Part shown: in pieces, positions 57,647 through 64,000 of the stretch | How positions within the stretch are numbered: the first letter of the stretch is position 1 | Layout of the letters: each line of letters opens with the position of its first letter | NCBI GenBank assembly: GCA_964187785.1 | Contig: OZ076409.1 | Coordinates: 1,798,001 to 1,862,000 of the forward strand | DNA: 64,000 bases | Origin: Amphiscolops sp. MND2022 | Lineage: Eukaryota | Direction: 5' to 3' | Translations under genes and position numbers: made by a program | The notes under the pieces: model-generated | What the model was told of the DNA's origin: nothing | The model's database searches: none | What the model saw: only the letters and a program-made list of their open reading frames with translations

Positions 57647-59182
57647 TGATGGAAATATAACCTTAATAATATCTATAATGTACCTTTTTTGTCGTATATA
57701 CTTAACAACGGGCAATATGATGTCATACAAAAAGAATCATGGTTGTGTGCAACTCTACGTTACAATTTTAATCCCTCAACCTGAGTTTGAGCTATCGTCT
57801 TGTTATTATGAGCATCCTGAATCCATACTGTGCATATATGTTTGAAATACGAGCCAGAAAACCCAAGCAGAAGTAATTCACGAGACAGAGGAAAACAAAA
57901 AGACACTGCATTCAAATAAAACGATGCTAAAACGATGAAAACCTTACAACGACGGCCAGTTAAGCCTCACAACGAACAGTCGTGACTTAATTTTCAACTT
58001 CATCACATTTCCATCTCATGAGGCATGCAGTACTACTGGTTCTAAATTGAGAACGATGGAGAACAGATGGTAATTCTCCATCGTTTCTACAACACTCGCG
58101 TTTGACATTTCTCACTTAATCTTCAGACGATCGAAAGACGATGACGATTATTCAACGTCTACACATCTAGTGCTGAAAACCCTATGACGATTACGAAACG
58201 ATGAATTATAACCCTCATCTTTGCTTTGAGACTCCCTTTCACTCTAAATCAATCAATTGAACTGGCTACCCTCAAAAATGTAATTCAGTGATTGTTTTCA
58301 CAACGCTACGACAGACATACACAGGACACACACAACAAGTGGAAAAACGATGTCTGAACGATGAATTTCATTTATCTCACGCAATAGCTGTTCTACTACA
58401 GTCGATTCATCACTTTTACATCGCTCATTTCACAATGCTGTAAATTGATCTCTGAATGCCTAAAATTTCATCTTTTTCATATCTATTGAATATTTCCACT
58501 GTTTGTCGGTGATTCAGAGGTAGTAATTACTCGATGCAGATTACACTCATTTTATATGCATGTAAATTTACTTGAATTTCACTTGGTGCGCATTTATCAT
58601 TGGTAGCCCCTTAACACCAACGACAGAAATCGGTCACGTGACCAAACACCAATTAGCATCTCGTTAGTAAAGCAATTAGAGTACACGGATGGTAACAATC
58701 GAGGCACACCACCTTCCAACGCAGATCTACCAACGAACCACCATTTCACAAAATTGTGTACCGATTACAACACACTGTTACTTAGCTACTGATTTTCCGC
58801 ATTTGTAATTCAACTTTATCCTAAAATACACAATTCAATTCTTATCCAATAAAAAAACTTATATGAGCATTAAATGAGCCAACTTTCATCTAGAAAACTT
58901 ACAAACGGGAAATTACTTAGTAAAGAAAAGCCTAATTCTTCCTCGTGGAACTCTTGCAAATATGGAGAACGTAAATGTCAACGCGAACAAACAATAGACC
59001 TCCTTCTCCCTCATTTCGTGATGAGACCCAACGTGAAAACGAAGGACGCCTTAACAAGCTCCAGAACGAAATGGCTTCAATAAAAGTGATAATGGAGAGA
59101 TTACTAGAGCAAAATAGTGTGAAGGTAAGGCAAGTTGACACTGCATCAACGAAATCTTCGTTCTGTGCGCAGGCGTCTCACA
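57647..59182 (+). mobile_element. Possible old solo LTR ending in a gag-like N-terminal ORF
   Basis: TG...CA candidate ends; ORF MSTRTNNRPPSP...RLNKLQNEMASIKVIMERLLEQN runs to CTCACA; TSD not convincing. Confidence 0.3.
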
Positions 59183-60023
59183 TCGCGCTAATAGGTAGAG
59201 TGACATTTTGCGAAGCCTTGGTTGGAGAACAACATACAGCAATGTATTTCTGAATGTGGGAGATCGCTTGGTAGTTGGCTGCAAGAATAGTAGCGGATAG
59301 TATGTAGACTATCCGGGTTGATTCTCAGTGAACGTTGTAGTACGATGGTATTACGGAGCCGTCACAATCATGCTAAAAATTAAACCGTGATGGTGCTATT
59401 ATTCGTACTACCATTGCCAAGGTTTTACTTCAAAAGTTTTCATTTTCATCTGTTGGCAACTCAAAAGAATCACTACAATTTCAAACCCAAGTAGGAAACT
59501 TACCTCGCAAATAAGTAGAATGATTAGTAAACATTTTATATTAATGACTTGTTTTCAAACCGAGAGGATGAACTATCAAGACGAAACTTTTCCGCTGGAA
59601 GAGTCTCTTCACCATGCTGTCGTACGCTCAAACTCAAATAGCAAAATAAAAATACTTTTATAGAAATCACCAATTATGGGCAATTTCCTGTTGATAATAT
59701 GATAAAAATCAATCGATGTTATTACCGAAGTTACTAAAAACGCTATTGCAAAACTTTAGATCGCCTGGAAAGTATACAGAAATGAATAAATTATGCAACA
59801 TCAGCGCTACGCTATTCTATACTGTCAAAAATATCGTAGAAAACGTGCAGTTTGTTGAACAAATCATAGTTTGAGGTCGAGTATTGATATAGTTTCACTA
59901 AGATAGACGCGATAGGGAATCAACCTTTGCAGTCTTGTGGCACCTAGCGAGTTGCTTCGTTTTCTGTGAATAACTTTTTCAAGCTCTCCGTCGGAATTTA
60001 TTTTTGGCATGTTGTTGCATTCT

Positions 60024-60258
60024 ACTGTTCAATCCTATCTGCGCTTTTTTCAAGGCAAGAAGATGATTATGATTGGGTGATTCCGTGTAAAATTTAGAGT
60101 TTTTGATAGGATACTTACATAAACATACAAACCTTACTTAGTAAGTAAGGTTTGTATGTTTATGTAAGTATCCTATCAAAAATTCTAAATTTTACACGGA
60201 ATCACCCAATCATAATCATCTTCTTGCCTTGAAAAAAGCGCAGATAGGATTGAACAGT
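60024..60258. repeat. 235-bp palindrome (117-bp arms, 1-nt spacer, one mismatch)
   Basis: Centre CCTTACTTA-G-TAAGTAAGG at 60141. Confidence 0.97.
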
Positions 60259-61750
60259 TTTTGCCCGTGAAAAAAATAGACGGAACATGTTCTCTACCCC
60301 CCCCCCCAAACTGAGGGGGGGATAAGACACAAGGTTCAAATACCATTATGTCGACATCGTTTGCGTTGAAATTTTGGTCCAATAAAATAATTGATGGCGA
60401 CATAATCCTATTCATTACATTGACTGTCAGTTAAAAGTTGCTCATTAAATTTTTTAGCGGACAAAATTTGTCCTGAACAAGGGGTGTTGTATACGATTTT
60501 AGCTAGTTCCAAACGTCAATTTCTGCTATTTTAGACAAAAATATCAAAATATTATGGTATTTTTTTACCTGAAGTGTCCAAACAGTTGTAGAAACAATCC
60601 TCTAAGTATTTACATTTCTATAATATTCTTGTATTAGTGAAATAATTTTATTCAAGAACAAAATGTGCTTTCGTGTTGGGGGAAAATTCCCAACAAGGTG
60701 TACCTGGGGGATAGATGACATGGTCCAAACAGACGCCTTTGTATTCGGAGTGTTTCTGTGCTACTGTGAATATTAACAAGATGCAAAATCGGGACCTTCC
60801 TTGAGGTCGAAGTAAGCATCGAGTTGAAAATGGGAAAAGTTGTTTTTAGAAAAAAATTCTGAAAACTTTCTCAGTGCCGAAAAATATGCTACTCAGGCTC
60901 AAAAATACCACAGGATACTTTTTTGCCAAACGAAAAACACTTTCAAAATTTAAAAAAAAACTCAAAGTTAGGAACATTTAGGTCTCTTATATTTCTGGGT
61001 TTACTCATGTTACCTAAGGCCTACTGAATACTTTTGGAAGTTTGGCTAAAATATTGTGAAAAGTGAACCATTCACAGAGAATCTGTGGTCTCGATAAGAA
61101 CTTCCCACTGTAAGATTTTTTCCGGAGTATATCTTTATTAGGAGAAACTATGGATCAAAATTCAAAAAAAATTCCGATCTTTATCAGACTAAGTTTGAGT
61201 CAGTTTTCATGGTATAATACCAAAAACGACCAAAGGATGTGTTTTTTCCGATTTATTCCTGAAGGAAAATCAATGGTTTTCTAGAAACTTCTGGAAAATG
61301 CTGCAAAGTTTAGCGGGAATTTACCTAATAATGGCAAAATTATCAAAAGCCATTTGATGCACTTTTGGGACCATATTTGACGTCCTATATTTTACATTGA
61401 TTAACAGTTAAAAGTTGCTTGTTTTAAATTATGGTGGAGAAAATTTGCATTGAAATAGAGGCTTTCCTATACAATTTTAGCTTGTTCCAGGTGTGGATTT
61501 TTGCTTTTTTGTCAGAAAAATATCAAAAAGTCCGGATAATTTTTTGCTGCAAGTGTTGAAACAACTCTAGAGACAATCCTCCGAGTTTTAAAAGCAATAT
61601 AATTTTTTTTCATTCACCCAAGAAGTTTTTTCAAGCATAAAAGTTGTTGACGCGTTGGGGGCGGGGGTAATAAGCGACGTGCACCCATTGTTCTCAGTTT
61701 CAATGCTCAATGACGTCATTCTCGTTTGACTGCTGTTAGGTTGTTGACAG

Positions 61751-61948
61751 GTCTCCACTGTGCATAGTGTGTTCGTTGATGGCGACGGTTGTGGGGGGTA
61801 CTACCCTGGATGAATGTCCCCTGGAGCCCATGATCCCCGTGTTTGCCCTCATGTTTGGCTGTTTCTCCGTCTTGGTTCACTCTCTCACCTGGATATGGTA
61901 CAAGTTCGAGTACGACGCACTCAGGTTTAGAGGCGACAAGAAAATGAA
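61751..61948 (+). CDS. Coding exon of a TMEM272-like multi-pass membrane protein
   Basis: TTGACAG acceptor and GTGAGT donor. LMATVVGGTTLDECPLEPMIPVFALMFGCFSVL fits the TMEM272-family G...L..CP..P.IP......G pattern between two hydrophobic helices. Confidence 0.72.
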
Positions 61949-61973
61949 GTGAGTTGCGCCCCGGGTTTGGTGA

Positions 61974-62103
61974 CGTGAGTTCGAACCCCGCGCAAGTCAG
62001 TATTGTTTTTGTTGTTTTCAAAAAAAAACAGACCGAATCGATTCGTTCTGTTTTGTTTGAAAACAATAAAACAATACTGACTTGCGCGGGCTTCGAACTC
62101 ACG
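61974..62103. repeat. ~130-bp spacer-less palindrome with B-box-containing arms
   Basis: CGTGAGTTCGAACCCCGCGCAAGTCAGTATTGTTTT pairs with AAAACAATACTGACTTGCGCGGGCTTCGAACTCACG; centre CGAATC|GATTCG at 62039/62040. Confidence 0.92.
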
Positions 62104-62611
62104 ACATTCGGTTTCTAAAGCCTTAACACCAATGCTTCAACAACTAGATTAGTTGTTTATTGGCTTGTCTAACAGATCTTCCAACCGTTATTCCCTGAAT
62201 GGCTTCATTAAGGTTCAAAGGTGTCGTTGCGAAACCTTTGTTTTTTTCAAGTTTTCTGCCAGTCAAAATTCATCTGCCAAGTAGAAAAAAGTTTAATCAG
62301 CGAATCTGAATTGAAAATTTTTAAAACCGCTACTTCAACAAAAGCAAAAGTAGAATGCTTATGCTTGCAAAATTTAACAAGATGCCCGCTGAGCAGCGGG
62401 ATATTTTCCGCCACAAACTGTTCTACAATGACATAATTTTGAGGCAAAAGAATAGCCAATGCACTATGAAAATGCAACGTTCGAAGAGAAGAAAGTTTTG
62501 ATTCATCTTTAGCCCATTTTTAGAGCAAACACCTATTTTATAATCATGCTAAGTACCTAATTGTTTTGTTGTTGACCTATGTGGATACCAGTGCCTAAAA
62601 TACCAAATTAT

Positions 62612-63092
62612 CAGTCGGAGCTTTTCGTCAGGAAAAAAACTACTATGGTCATGACTTTTCGTCAGTATTTTTTTCGATAATACTTGATCTACCAAAAGTT
62701 CTTCAATTTTCCAAGTGACGTATCACTGTCACTTGACCACACTGCCACAACTTTTGAATCATGTTTTTGCAGTTTTCGGAATGATTGAAGAAAATACCTG
62801 TATTCACCTTTTCTGCCTGTGTGCGTCTTTCCGAAACATTCATGTGGTCGAAGGGCAACCCTCACTTTCACAGCTGATTTCGGGTTGAGAAAAAGTTTTG
62901 CGTGCCGAACCCATTTTCAGCACTATGGGGTTTTTCCGAACAGAAATTCAAAAAATGGGTAAAAGTGATTTCCAACTCCGAGGCGTATTTCTTGGGGTAA
63001 TTATTGGCACTGAGAAATGCGTGAAAGGTTGAAACTAGTGTCCTTTGCAAGTTTAAGAAATGAGCGAGGCGGCAACTTGGTCCCGACTTGTA
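62612..63092 (+). mobile_element. Degenerate HINE-like copy
   Basis: CAGTCGGAGCTTTTC...CTATGGTCATG at the start and GGCGGCAACTTGGTCCCGACTTGT at the end. Confidence 0.4.
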
Positions 63093-64000
63093 ATATTATT
63101 GCACATAACGTCACCAAAAGTGTCAAAAATTGGAAAAACTTGATTTTTTTGACAACCTCGGGGTCTTATTGACTACTTGTTTACCATGGAAAGAAAGATG
63201 TCTCCTCTAAAAATTCTAATAGAAACCGAGTTTAGTTGTTGTTTTACAATTACACCATTCTAACCCATGAAATAGCTCGACAGTTTTACAACAAAAATTG
63301 AAACAAAACAACAAAAATTTCTTGATTTTTGCGTAATTCTCAGGTTTTTCTTCCTCCGTGGGGAACTGCAAAAACAGTTTATTTTGGAAGGCGTACTCCA
63401 TACCTAGTAATTTTACTTCGAGCTTTCCGAGTATTAACTATTCTCTCAATTTTGAACGTTTTGGATCTTCTAGCCGAAGAAATTTCTCGGAAATTGTACT
63501 GAAATGGCTTCAAAAACGACAAAAAATTAAAAGTTTGAATTATTTGAGAATTTTTGGGCCAATTCGATGATTTTTTTCTGTTTCAAATTGTTATCTCTCG
63601 ATAAAAGTTTTCTGAAATTACGAATTTTTCCCTTGCTTAACGGTTCTAACGTTCCTAACAACGAAGTCTATCGAGAATTAAACAAAAGTGAATAAACGTG
63701 GTGAAAGTCGGAAAATTTTGGAAAATTGTCTTCTTCGGCGTCAATCCGAGACATTTTTCATTGAAAAAACAGCATTTATCTCCTCACTAAGGCTATTGGA
63801 CAACAACCTCTTTCTTGTTTTGTTGGTGGACGCTTTTCAACTTTCCAATCTACACTTTGTGTCGAAAAGTAGATAAAATTTGCATGAAAATTTTGAAAAT
63901 GAAGAAGTCTTTTTCTTTTCAAAAAACCGCAATGATCTCTTCATAAAAGACTATTGGACAACGAATTCTTGCCTTGTTGAACGTTTTCAACATTCTATTT

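Overview
AT-rich, repeat-dense eukaryotic (invertebrate-animal-like) genomic DNA with no prokaryotic features. It contains five main components. (1) A degraded BEL/Pao LTR retrotransposon (1-8466). (2) A very young, unusually large Ty3/Gypsy element (21034-39108, 18,075 bp) with 721-bp LTRs in which I found no differences. It is inserted into an old hAT-like transposase remnant. (3) Solo LTRs, MITEs (EnSpm/CMC-like, hAT, MULE-like), Helentron-like HINEs and tRNA-derived SINEs. (4) Two nearly spacer-less long palindromes. (5) A plausible spliced host gene encoding a TMEM272-like membrane protein (+ strand, exons from 44049 to 61948). The Gypsy element is the most unusual object. It shows an apparent 3-bp target-site duplication (also seen at a related solo LTR), a PBS displaced 15 nt from the LTR and a tandem degenerate protease copy. 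Its Pol C-terminal extension carries an AT-hook, a Cys cluster and a degenerate TARG1-like macrodomain. In the env position it has an intact 1426-aa non-Env ORF that appears to contain a catalytically degenerate SGNH (OSK-like) fold. All domain calls were made by eye from motifs; no searches were run.
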